This document shows positions 28,849 through 39,259 of a stretch of 57,915 nt of DNA, one piece after another. The notes below the pieces were generated by a model. It searched no databases. It saw only the letters and a list, made by a program, of their open reading frames with translations, and was not told the DNA's origin. The stretch is from Fimicolochytrium jonesii (Eukaryota). A program made the position numbers and the translations under genes. Location of the stretch: contig NW_026515684.1 of the NCBI RefSeq assembly GCF_025526975.1, positions 558,001-615,915 on the forward strand. Reading direction: 5' to 3'. Every line of letters starts with the position of its first letter. Position 1 is the first letter of the stretch.

Positions 28849-30618
28849 ATGGGGAAGGTCACTGTCCGGATCCGCCAAGTCAAGAAGTGGAAAGATACCG
28901 GGTTGAAGAAGGCGAGGGAACTGGAGAGGTTGGCGAAGCTCCTGACGGTACGTTGCGTGGTGTCGCGGGAGATTATCCATCTTGTGCTGATTGTTGTGAT
29001 TCAGATGAAGAACCAGTATGAACAAGGTCATGCACGCCGACAGGCCCAGCATGCCTCGAGCGTCAGTATGGGTATGAAGGCCCACAGCCATCTGGCTGCC
29101 GCGCAGCAGACCATCTTCGAGGTGGCGTTCGTCCGGAAGAAGCAAAAGCGTGCGGATAATGAGGAGGACGGTGAGGAGTTGCCTCCGGCGAAGAAACGGA
29201 AGGCGGACGACGACGAAGATCGCGACGCGGATGACGACGAAGAAGAACGCGACGCCAGCGAAGAAGGCACCGACGAGGACGGTGAAGGCACTGCTGCCGT
29301 GCCCGCTAATGCGCAGTGGACCACACCAACATCCTCAAGCAAAGGATTTGGATTCGTCGATTCGGAGAGTGAAAGTTCGAATTCAACCATGTCATCAGCC
29401 CCCGAACCCGATGAGCCAGAGGAGGTGTCGGAGACAAAGCTTCGCGCCTCCCTGCAAGCGCTGAAAGGAAAGATGTGGGAAGTCGGCGGCGTAAATTTGG
29501 CCATCAAGATGCGGCGTATGCAGCGCGCAATGTTGGCGCGCCTGGAGAAGACGGGTCCAATCATAGAGACGGCAGCGACGCTTATCAGCGAAAACTGCCT
29601 GGTGATCACTGCGGAGAAGCCTAAAAGCTATTTCGCGTTCTCAGACGATGAGTGGGTCGCGGTACGGGGAGCGTTCGCGCAATACCGTCTGAAGCTAGAT
29701 CATGCTTATGAGGCCTACGCCCATGGCGAGGTTCAAAGGATGCTCACCGCAAGAGATCAGCGGCTACCATATCGCGCGTTGATCCGAGGGGAAGGCACGC
29801 AGGAGGACCACGACGTCGCGTTGCTCCTTGATCAGCTGAACAAAAGGCTTCGAACGACGAAACCTGATAGGGGGGTGCACGAAGCCACATGGTGCTGCAG
29901 ATACATGTTGCCCTACTTTGATGTGCTGAGCCCGGAGATGGTTTGGAAGTACGACAACGGTAGCCACTACGGTCCCAAACGCCCGGACTTTTCAATCGCC
30001 GACGATAAGGGCATCGGGCTCGCCAACTTTGAGGTCAAGTCCCCATGGGCCACAGACGCTGCGAAGTACCAGGATATCGCTCGCACCATCCACCGCGGGA
30101 TCGATGAGATGAAGCTGGACCTGCAGACGTGGCGACCGAAGCGTAGCCCAGCCAGGCTCTGCGTGGCGGTGGCAGCGGAGCAAGGGACGGTGTTCCAACT
30201 GATGCTGCACAAAGGCATCTTCGTGGCGGTTGAGATAGGCGTGTGGTGGTTCCCCACAGCGCTGCAAATGCATCAGGAGTGGCAGGTGGCGTCGTCTGTC
30301 GCTATGGCTTGCGCGATCATGAAGCGAGCTGGATGGGTGCGCAGGCAGGCGGCCCAGTACGTGAGGCTCGGGGTAAATGCGCCGCGGCTGAGCATCCTGC
30401 CGCCAGTGACACCTGTTTCTGTAGCAAAGTCGTCCGCTGCCAAGGGTGCGGCGCAAGCTGCCAAGCGTGCAGGTAAGCCGGGCGGTCCGCGTGCGGCTGT
30501 CCCCAATCCGCGGCCCCAGAAGACGAGCGCGGACCTTCCGGTGCAGAGCGTCCAGGTCAGTGCGCGGGCAGTCATGAAGCCTGCCAGTGGTACTTCTTCG
30601 AAGAAGCGTCAGGAGTAG
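28849..30618 (+). CDS. Putative PD-(D/E)xK restriction-endonuclease-fold protein (CR-REase-like) with acidic, NLS-containing N-terminus; probable 57-nt in-frame intron 28948-29004
   Basis: Long ORF with HEATW..Y..PYF, KRPDFSI, ANFEVKS and D..R motifs; PPAKKRK NLS-like segment; GTACGT..TTCAG intron signals. Confidence 0.6.
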   Translation: MGKVTVRIRQVKKWKDTGLKKARELERLAKLLTVRCVVSREIIHLVLIVVIQMKNQYEQGHARRQAQHASSVSMGMKAHSHLAAAQQTIFEVAFVRKKQKRADNEEDGEELPPAKKRKADDDEDRDADDDEEERDASEEGTDEDGEGTAAVPANAQWTTPTSSSKGFGFVDSESESSNSTMSSAPEPDEPEEVSETKLRASLQALKGKMWEVGGVNLAIKMRRMQRAMLARLEKTGPIIETAATLISENCLVITAEKPKSYFAFSDDEWVAVRGAFAQYRLKLDHAYEAYAHGEVQRMLTARDQRLPYRALIRGEGTQEDHDVALLLDQLNKRLRTTKPDRGVHEATWCCRYMLPYFDVLSPEMVWKYDNGSHYGPKRPDFSIADDKGIGLANFEVKSPWATDAAKYQDIARTIHRGIDEMKLDLQTWRPKRSPARLCVAVAAEQGTVFQLMLHKGIFVAVEIGVWWFPTALQMHQEWQVASSVAMACAIMKRAGWVRRQAAQYVRLGVNAPRLSILPPVTPVSVAKSSAAKGAAQAAKRAGKPGGPRAAVPNPRPQKTSADLPVQSVQVSARAVMKPASGTSSKKRQE

Positions 30619-30819
30619 GGGCCGTTTCTTCGTCTCGCTTTGTTTGTCGCGGTATACTAGTAGCCGTATGGTGGTGCTTCGTTTCGTCAGATCTCGCCGT
30701 GCCTTTTCTTGCAAATGCTTTTTCGGGGAGTTACTAACCGCGGTACCCTTGGCATTTTTTGACTCGTCGTTGGCTGAGAGTCCTATTGAGTCCTATTGTG
30801 ATGTGGGTTGGTTCGGTGT

Positions 30820-31330
30820 TGTTATGACCATAAGCTTACCTCATGACAGCACACTGACAGCCGCCAATGTCAAACGCCAATGTCAATGTCAATGTCAATG
30901 TCAATGCCTTCTCCTCTCATTTCGCCAATCCCCCGCTCTCCTCTCATCCGCCAATCCCCCATTCGCCGCTCCTCCTCTACCCCGCTCATCTGTGAGCCAA
31001 TCTCTGGCCATTTGTCAACCCCCCCAGTACTTCTCCACAGCAGCTGTAGCTTGCTCTCTACACGCCTGCTACGCTCGCTCTAGGCTAGGAAGCATGGCTG
31101 GCGCTCACCCAGTCCCCTCTTGTTGTTGTCTTTGATCTGCTGGGTTGTTTATTTATAAATAGCCGCCCCCTCTTCGTCCATTCCCGTCCTCCCCAGCAGA
31201 TCAACACCAGTTTTTCTCATCTCCTGTTCTAGTCCTTGTTTCTTGTTTCGTCAATACAACCTCTTGTCACCTATCGCTCTCGCTCTGTCTTCTCTTCTTC
31301 GCTTCCGCATCCGTCGTCGAGATCATAACA
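30820..31330 (+). mobile_element. Solo LTR related to, but diverged from, the Gypsy LTRs at 34110, 38090 and 42882; opposite orientation
   Basis: TGTTATGA...TCATAACA termini, shared CCATAAGCTTACC, (AATGTC)n microsatellite, TATAAATAGCC; no matching TSD seen. Confidence 0.85.
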
Positions 31331-31479
31331 CACGGTTTGCGAGTTGCTGAGTGGATGACGCGGTGATCTTGAGATCGCTTTGTTATCCTGAACAGCGGTG
31401 CTTGGGCTCATAACCTAATAAGGCTATTATGTGCGCTGAGGTTGAATGAGGGAAACGATGTTATTACCAGTAATGTGCT

Positions 31480-31615
31480 AAAGTTCTATGAGCTATGCTA
31501 CGAGGGGAAGCTTTTCTACACAAGTTGCCATCATTGGCGACGCCTCAGGCAGAGGTACAATGATGTGGATGGCAGATAACCACCATGGAAAATGGAATGG
31601 GGTGAAAATTCTAGA
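31480..31615 (-). ncRNA. Candidate Fanzor omegaRNA (scaffold plus guide) downstream of the Fanzor stop codon
   Basis: Position expected for Fanzor ncRNAs; hairpin at 31569-31586; 8-bp stem 31529-31536/31558-31565 enclosing a CCTC/GAGG stem; boundaries are inferred. Confidence 0.45.
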
Positions 31616-32530
31616 CTACCTACGGTTACGGGAGAATGCGTCTGGTCTGTGGCCATTGCCAAACACCACCGAAGGCACAATCGAGAGGAAATTCTTGGTG
31701 CTTAGGACGTCCCGATTGTGCACTCTCATCCGTAGTCGTAGTGGTCGTCTTCCAGAAATCTCAAATGGCGTCCAGTCTTGGTTGATACATTCGGGGTTGG
31801 GGCAACCCACCAATCCATGGACAAATTCCATTCTTCCCTTTCGAGCTTGCCACGGCTGAGGTGACAGCCGGCGTCGGATGTTTTTCTTCACACGCCCGTG
31901 GCAGTCTGGGCACAGGGAGGACGTTCGATACTCATCTAGCAAGTAGCATGGAATGCTGTTTCTTGCAAAGAGTGTGCGGAATCTGATTTCCCCCCATGAG
32001 TGAGCGTATTATAATACATAAAAAACAATGATGGTCACTCACCCTTTGGTCTTTGATGACTCCTGAAAGCGCATGGTTTTTCCAGCGTCGCTCCAATCAC
32101 CCAAGATGACCGAAAAATGCTTTCCATACAGGCGTCGCATGTTCTTGATGAGCTTGCTCTCAGACTTTTGCCGCAGTGAGAACGCCTTGAATCTGCGAGC
32201 GACGTGAATCTCATCCTGTTAAAACTCATCCAGGGCGGGATCTGGGATATGGATGTCGGCCCATGTATTACCAAAGTTGAAAATCAAAGTTGAAGTGGAA
32301 CATCATACCCGCATGTTCGTAATCCACGATGAACGCTGAGAACGCCTCGATGTTCATGCTCTTGTGTGATGGAATATGTGATCCCATCTCTGCGATGCCG
32401 GCATTGATCTTTCGCTCCGTCATGTCTCGTTGAAAGTACCGAGACTTTGTCTCGACCGCCCGTTGATTGGATGTGTATCTGGTATGGGGTGGTGCATTGT
32501 GAGAACGCTGCAGTGGAATGTCGCCGCAAC

Positions 32531-32702
32531 GGGGATGGTGGGGATGGTGATGGGGGGGATGGTGACGGGGGGGATGGTGGGGATGGGGGCGGGGACAGGG
32601 TTGAGGAGGGCGTTGATGGGGATAGCGGCGACAGCGGCGACAGCGGGGACAGCGGGGACAGCGGCGACAGCGGGGACAGGGGCAACAGCGGGGACAGCAG
32701 GG
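32531..32702. repeat. G-rich 9-bp (GACAGCGGS) and GGGGATGGT repeats inside Fanzor intron 32479-32726
   Basis: Direct inspection; flanked by a GTACGT donor and CAG acceptor on the minus strand. Confidence 0.85.
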
Positions 32703-34685
32703 CAGTAGTAATCAACTGAAACGTACCGAAATGGCCGCTCCTTCTTGTTGTCTCGACAGAACAGGAGGTCACGCTTGCCTGGATCAATGCAGACGATGTT
32801 TGGAGCCTCCCTTAGTTCCGCAATGTGGTGCTCAAAATACAGCTGCTTGACTTCTTCCCGCATTTGGGCCTTGCTGCGCTTCCGGGCCTGATGCCCATAC
32901 TTGAGCCCTGGCTTCTTGAAGTGGATGGTAGCGGAATACCCGTTTGTGCTGATTGACCCATCAATTTTGAGACCAAGCTTCTTTCGATCCTTGAAGACCT
33001 TGTCCTGCAATCCGTCATTCAGCGAGGTAATTGAAATAGGCGCAAAAGGATACAGACTTAACTTACATTCACATTGAGAAACTGCCCCCACAGCTCCCGC
33101 TTGCGTTCATCGGTGAAGTTCCCCATGCGACCTTGGCTCAAACCCAGGATATGAATGGCTAGGATCAGCGTGTCAATCCGAACAGATGACTGGATTCGAG
33201 ATTTGCGCAGCGGGATAGCAGAGAACAGCCGCATTCCACAGCGCTCATAGAGGCGTGAGAGCTCACAATAGGCACCTGTGATGAGGCGAGGCAGGTGCAG
33301 ACCATGATTATACAAAAGAGGAAGCGGGGGGGGGCCGGAAATATACTAACTCACCCAAATATGGCATTGCGTCCACCGCAAGGCTGTACGCAAGCGGCTC
33401 ATCCTGGGGAGGAAACAGAGCCCATAACTTGTCGAGGACGGTCCGCTCAAGTCGTGTGAGGCGCGCAAGCTCCTCCTCGGTTGGGTACTCTTCAAACGTC
33501 GCAAATTTTGTAAATTGACGGACCCGCTGATAATACTGTCTCCGCTGCGCTCGGTTGGCTCTGGCTCTACGGAGATGCAGTACAACTTGCTTCAAACCAA
33601 TCCTTTTGTTAACGTAGCGCAGAAATATTTGCATAAAATGCTCTTGTACGTTAACTTTGAGGTTGGTGAAGATGCTCTGAGCCGTGTACGCTGCAGTCTG
33701 TTGGCAATATCGCATGCGTATGGGGGCAAATCTGTGAACATCGCAGTACTCTTGAACCCGTGGACGCAACTCTTGCCCGATGACTGGATTGCCATTGTAG
33801 CCTGGATTGTTTAGCAGCTCAAATATCACGCTGATGTGCTTGTCCGTGATGTCCGGCAAATCGTGTAGAGGATGATCGGCTGTGGTGGGCAGACCTAGCA
33901 GTCAGGACATTGTTATGGGAAATATTATGGGAAATATACAGTGCACCTAAAAAAACTCACCAAGGTAGTACTTGAGAAAGAAGGTGGTGTGGCGCGCAAG
34001 GACGTGAACATGGGCTATAAATGCTGTCAGGCGCTCACTTTGAACTTGATTTTGATTATGGATGATTCGGTGAAGGGAAACCTTGGTGCTGGCATGTGTT
34101 TGCGGGCGGTGTTATGATCTCGACAAACTGAGGCGGAAGCGAAGTAGAGAAGACAAGGCGAGAGCGATGGGCGACAGGAGATTGTATTGGCAAAACAAGA
34201 GACGAGGACTAGAACAAGAGATGAGAAGAACTGGTGTTGATCTGCTGGGGAGGAAGGGAACGGACAAAGAGAGGCCGGCTATTTATAGGTAGGCAACCCA
34301 GCAGATCAGAGAACAACAACAACAAGAGGGGACTGGGGGGGCGCCAGCTATGCTCCTAGAGCGTGCGTGGCGAGCGTAGAGAGCATTGCTACAGCTGCTG
34401 GCTATGGGGAAGTAGTGGGGGGTGTGGAGAAGCCGAGGGGGGATTGGCGAAATGAGAGGAGAGAGGAGGAGTGGCGATATTGCAAGAGGATTGGCGAAAT
34501 GAGAGGAGAGAGGGGGAGTGGCATTGACATTGACATTGACACTGACATTGACATTGACATTGACACTGACATTGACACTGACATTGACATTGACATTGGC
34601 GTTTGACATTTGGCGGTTGACATTGGCGGCTGTCAGTAGGTAAGCTTATGGTATGGGCGCGTCGTCCATAACATCACCCCTCTCT

Positions 34686-36626
34686 TTAGCGGCGGCGGCG
34701 GCGGCGTCGAGTTTGGTGTGGCCGCAGAGGAGGTGCTACGGGGACAGAGGAAGACTTGTTGGGGTACGCGCTGTGGAAGTCCTGGAGGAGTGCGTCGGTA
34801 TGGGTGAGGTGTTCCACGGGCTCCCAGGTGTTCTCGGAGTCAGGCCAGCCCTGCCATTTGACCAAGTACTGAAGGCGACAACAATGGATGCGAGAGTCAA
34901 GGATGGCTTCAACAACCCACTCTTCTTGACCCTCAATGGTCTCTGAGGGCGCGGGTTCGGGTTCGTGTTGTTCGGGGATGGTGAAGCGGGGTTCGAGGAG
35001 CGAGACATGGAAGATATCGTGGATTTTGTACGTAGGCGGGAGCTTGAGCCGGTAGGCGACGGGATTGATTTTTTCGACGATGGGGAATGGCCCAATCTTG
35101 CGATGGTCGAGTTTCTGAGAGGGCCGGGTTGTATGGAGGTTTTTGCGGAGGAGCCAGACGTGGTCGCCAGGCTTGAAGTCCGGTCCAGGAATTTGTTTGG
35201 CGTTGGCGTAGCGCTTCATTTGATCTTGGGCTTCCTTGAGCTCGAGGGCGAGCTGTTCATGGACTTCCCTGATTTGTTTAGCGCGGGCTTCAGCGGCGGG
35301 GTTGACGGATTCGGAGGTAGCAGAGGCCGCGAAACTGAAGCGGGGGTGGAGACCCTTGTTGGCGTAGAAGGGGGTGGTCTGGGAGGCGGACTGGTGGGTG
35401 TTGTTGTAGGCGAACCCGGCGGACGACAGAAGCTGTTTCCAGTTGTCCTGTTGGTGGTTGCAAAAGCATCGGAGATACTGCTCCAGGATCTGGTTGGTGC
35501 GTTCCGTCTGGCCATCGCTCTGGGGGTGGAAGGCCGAGGAGCGGTTGGCTTTTGCCCCAAGGAGTTCGAGAAGTCGACGCCAGAACCGGGACTTAAACTG
35601 GGGTCCTCGGTCAGAGATGACGTTGTCGGGGAGGCCGTGGAGACGGATGATGTTGTGGAAGACTAGGTCGGCGGTGGATTCGGCGGATTCTGACTCGCTG
35701 CAGGCGATGAAGTGGGCCATCTTGGTGAGGCGACAGTTGACGTTCAGGATGGAGTTGTACCCGTCCCCGGGAGGCAGACCGGTGATAAAGTCCAGGGACC
35801 AAGATCCCCAAGGGCGGGTAGGGATACTGTTGGGCTGGAGTAGGCCGTATGGTTTGTGTTGACTGGATTTCGCTTGGCTACAGGTATCGCAGGACTTGAC
35901 GTAGGCCTTGACGAAGCGCCACTGGCTGGGCCACCAGTAGTTGCGGGAGGCGAGTTCGAGCGTCTTGGACATCCCAAAGTGGCCGGCTAGGGGAGTATCG
36001 TGCATGTCGTGGCAGACTTCAGCTCGGAGCTCGTTGGTGGGGACATAGACCAGGTTATCGTGCAGCAGGATCCCATCTTCATCTGAGAACCGCTTGATAC
36101 GATCTTGGGTTTCCTCAGTTCGTTGGGCGAGGGGTATCTTGAGCTTTTCGCGAATGGTCTTAGCGAGGGGATCAGAGGCCTGGGCGGCCTTAAGCTTGTC
36201 AAGCAGCGTGGTATCCATGGGTGTGAGGTAGGCAGCCGTGAGTTGAAGGCGTTCGGGAGTCAAAATTGTGGTTGCCTGGGAGCGGAACGCTTCTTCCCCC
36301 TCTTTTAGCTCATGTTCGGAGCGTCGGGAGAGGGCATCGGCTTGGTGCTGCTGGGGACTGGGGCGATAGGTAATGACAAAGTCAAAATCCGAGAAGAATA
36401 TCGACCAGCGGGCTTGGCGGCGGTTCAGGGTGCGGGTGGTCATGAAGTACTGAAGGTTTTTGTGGTCGGAGTAAACGGTGATCTTGTGACGGGCGCCAAT
36501 GAGATGGTGGCGCCACTGGGCAAAGGAGTCTTGGATGGCCAGAAGTTCCTTGTCATAGATCTCGTAGTTGATCTCTTCGGCCGTGAATTTGCGAGAGTGG
36601 AAGGCCACGGGGTAGGCTGCATCCAT
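34686..36626 (-). CDS. Partial Pol: RNase H, integrase (HHCC + DDE) and chromodomain
   Basis: PVAFHSRK..NYEIYDKELLAI; HD.P.AGH..C..C; WSLDFITGLP, ISDRG, DGQTERTNQ; GPF; EWVVEAILDSR..YLVKWQG..ENTWEP. Confidence 0.95.
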   Translation of the reverse strand: MDAAYPVAFHSRKFTAEEINYEIYDKELLAIQDSFAQWRHHLIGARHKITVYSDHKNLQYFMTTRTLNRRQARWSIFFSDFDFVITYRPSPQQHQADALSRRSEHELKEGEEAFRSQATTILTPERLQLTAAYLTPMDTTLLDKLKAAQASDPLAKTIREKLKIPLAQRTEETQDRIKRFSDEDGILLHDNLVYVPTNELRAEVCHDMHDTPLAGHFGMSKTLELASRNYWWPSQWRFVKAYVKSCDTCSQAKSSQHKPYGLLQPNSIPTRPWGSWSLDFITGLPPGDGYNSILNVNCRLTKMAHFIACSESESAESTADLVFHNIIRLHGLPDNVISDRGPQFKSRFWRRLLELLGAKANRSSAFHPQSDGQTERTNQILEQYLRCFCNHQQDNWKQLLSSAGFAYNNTHQSASQTTPFYANKGLHPRFSFAASATSESVNPAAEARAKQIREVHEQLALELKEAQDQMKRYANAKQIPGPDFKPGDHVWLLRKNLHTTRPSQKLDHRKIGPFPIVEKINPVAYRLKLPPTYKIHDIFHVSLLEPRFTIPEQHEPEPAPSETIEGQEEWVVEAILDSRIHCCRLQYLVKWQGWPDSENTWEPVEHLTHTDALLQDFHSAYPNKSSSVPVAPPLRPHQTRRRRRRR

Positions 36627-36885
36627 GAAACAGGACCTCGCACCGATGTCCAGGAGGGCGGCAAGCTGGAGTGGGGCTCGGCGAGAGGAGATCAGGAGGG
36701 TGACTCCAAGGTTTTGGTAGCTAGAGGTAGGGTGTTGCTGGTGACTTGGGGTGAACTGGGCGTGGGTGCGCCCTCTGCCGTTGCAATTGTTGCGGGGTGA
36801 GAAGGCCTACGGGAGGATTTGTTCAGCGCGCCGGCCTTTAGTGTCTACGGGGCCGGCGGGAACGGAAGCGATCTTCCAAGGTGAG

Positions 36886-37225
36886 AGGGTTGCGAGAGGC
36901 GAGCATCCTTTGTGTGGACCCCGCGAGAGGCAAGCATTCCTTTCTGGGAACCCTGCGGAAACCGAGATGAGAGGCGAGCATTCCTTTCGGAACCCCGCGG
37001 AAACCGAGGCAAGAGGCAAGCATTCCTTTTTGGGAACCCCACGGAAACCGAGACGGGAGGCGAGCATTCCTTTGGGAACCCCGCGGAAACCGAGACAGGA
37101 GGCCAGCATTCCCTTTTGGGAACCCTGCGGAAACCGAGATGAGAGGCGAGCACTCCTTTCGGAACCCCGCAGAAACCAAGGCGAGAGGCGAGCATTCCTT
37201 TTTGGGAACCTCGCGGAAACAGAGC
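36886..37225. repeat. About 40-bp minisatellite (~8 copies) inside the Gypsy element
   Basis: Repeated GAGAGGCGAGCATTCCTTT..GGAACCCCGCGGAAACCGAG. Confidence 0.9.
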
Positions 37226-37789
37226 ATGGGAGAGTGGCCCCCGCCGTTGCAATTGCTGCGTGGTGAGGTGGCCCAAGGAAACAGGGTACTGCGGATCGTA
37301 GGAAGGTGGTTGCTGGCTTCTGCCGTTGCAAATGGTGCGAGGTAAGAAGGCCAGGGAAGCCGGGGTCGGGAATTGTCGGACGTGCAGAACAAGGAACGGA
37401 GATGGAGGATGGATTGAGCTGCAACATGACAAGACGGGTGACGTGGACAACGGTCCTTGAAGTGATCGTTTGCCCACATGCCCTCGGGTAATGGGTGTGA
37501 TGAGTTACTGAGATTCTTCATGGTGTCATCTTCGTGCCTGAGACGGGGATGCGGGACTTGGATTGGGATGGCCGGAAACAGGGGTGTCAAGCAAGAACGA
37601 GAGGGTTGGCTTCTTCCGTTGCAGTAGATGCGGAGGTGAGAAAGCCCAAGGAAAAACAGACGAACAGAGCGGGTGGAGTGTTGAGGGTCTCCGGGTGTCG
37701 GCGGTGGTGTGTCGAGGTACAGGGTTTAGTTACAGGGTGACCGGGTTACTGGAGGTGCTGAGCCGAGCTGGTGTTGGGTGCTAGGGCGA

Positions 37790-38021
37790 CTAGGGCTGGT
37801 TCAGGCGGCTGAGGTTGCCTGGGCTTGAGCTGATCTTTGGCTCCAGAGCTTCAGGCGCAGGGTTGGGGATTTGGGGATGGGTGTACGCATCGGGTTGAGC
37901 CTGGGCAGCAATGTTCTGAGCAGCTTGTGCGTTGGCTTGGGCTTGGGCTAGGTTGGCGTTGACTTGGCACATATCATTCCATTGCTTTGGCGGTGAAAGG
38001 TACGGATTCGGATTGGGCCAT
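37790..38021 (-). pseudogene. Remnant of the gag N-terminus
   Basis: Follows the 5' LTR and leader; Q/A-rich segment ending APEALEPKIS, then disrupted. Confidence 0.5.
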
Positions 38022-39259
38022 GGCGAACAGGTTTGGCAGATGCAAGGCTTGACGGGTTCTGAACTTCGCAGTGTTGGAGCAGATCAAACTGTTATGATCT
38101 CGACGAACTGAGGCGGAAGCGAAGTAGAGAAGACAAGGCGAGAGCGATGGGCGACAGGAGATTGTATTGGCGAAACAAGAGACAAAGACTAGAACAAGAG
38201 ATGAGAAGAACTGGTGTTGATCTGCTGGGGAGGAAGGGAACGGACGAAGAGAGGCCGGCTATTTATAGATAGGCAACCCAGCAGGTCAGAGAACAACAAC
38301 AACAAGAGGGGCTGGGGGGGCGCCAGCTATGCTCCTAGAGCGTGCGTGGCGAGCGTAGAGAGCATTGCTACAGCTGCTGGCTATGGGGAAGTAGTGGGGG
38401 GTGTGGAGAAGCCGAGGGGGGATTGGCGAAATGAGAGGAGAGAGGAGGAGTGGCGATATTGCAAGAGGATTGGCGAAATGAGAGGAGAGAGGGGGAGTGG
38501 CATTGACATTGACATTGACACTGACATTGACATTGACATTGACACTGACATTGACACTGACATTGACATTGACATTGGCGTTTGACATTTGGCGGTTGAC
38601 ATTGGCGGCTGTCAGTAGGTAAGCTTATGGTATGGGCGCGTCGTCCATAACAGGCGGGGTCGTTGAACTGGTGGTGGTGGCGGGGGTTCAAGCACCAGGG
38701 ATCGACCCGGTGTGCTGGGAAAACGGAAAGGGATGGGCGCGGGGAGGTGCAGTGGGCGCTGCAGACCCCTGTCCGCGGGTGAAAGCCCTTGCTGCGGCTG
38801 CTGCTGCTGCCCGTCTTCATCGCCGGAGCTCTCGCCAACCATGTCTGCAATTGCTTGGGGCAAGTGGCGTTGGACAGAAGGTGGGAGCTTGAATCGCAGG
38901 GTTTGCAATGGTGTGGCTGGCAAACGTATCGGCAATCGCGGGGTAACCGGAGCAACCTTCCTCCTCTTCCGCCGTGGTGCGGCTGCTCCAGTAACGATGC
39001 CACACCACAGGTGCCCCTGGAGCGCCTGGTGTGAGGACATGTTGGCTGTGCTGTGCCGAGACAGGTGTTGCAGGTGATTGCCGTGATGGCTGTGTGTCAA
39101 AGAACTCGCGTCAGTGCTGTGGTAATGAGCGGGGAGGATTTACAGCCTGGCGCAGTCGTGGCTTGTCCACACCGCATCTCCAAGACCACACTCTCCTCCT
39201 CTCACACAAAACGTCAAGCGCTCGCAGCTCACGCAACTCACGCAGAGCACACTCTGAGC

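Larger units (their letters stand above)
34110..38652 (-). mobile_element. Ty3/Gypsy chromovirus LTR retrotransposon, internally deleted (no recognisable protease or RT)
   Basis: LTRs 38090-38652 (5') and 34110-34673 (3') with TG..CA ends; TSD GGCGG at 34105-34109 and 38653-38657; polypurine tract AAAGAGAGGGGTGA at 34674-34687. Confidence 0.95.
31616..39040 (-). pseudogene. Fanzor1 (eukaryotic TnpB-family RNA-guided RuvC endonuclease); 6 introns, interrupted by a Gypsy element, one premature TAA
   Basis: Exons 39040-38653 + 34104-33961, 33894-33355, 33275-33067, 33004-32727, 32478-32309, 32241-32043, 31982-31616 sum to 2295 nt in one frame. RuvC-I CIDPG (D at 32783-32785), FRYTSNQR, ILGDWS, RuvC-II LDEYRTS (E at 31931-31933), CPDC..VHGLVGC...C, RuvC-III NRD (31709-31711), RPDAFSR; stop at 32219-32221. 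Alternative start ATG at 38842. Confidence 0.92.

Noticed and set aside
32420..32726. PAVPAVA Pro/Ala-rich insertion in the Fanzor protein
   Set aside because: It is intron sequence; splicing 32479-32726 restores the FRYTSNQR motif
34283..34623. ORFs with NVNV, MSMS, CQCQ or DIDI runs (also at about 30.9, 38.3-38.6 and 43.1-43.4 kb)
   Set aside because: Translations of the (GACATT)n microsatellite inside the LTRs
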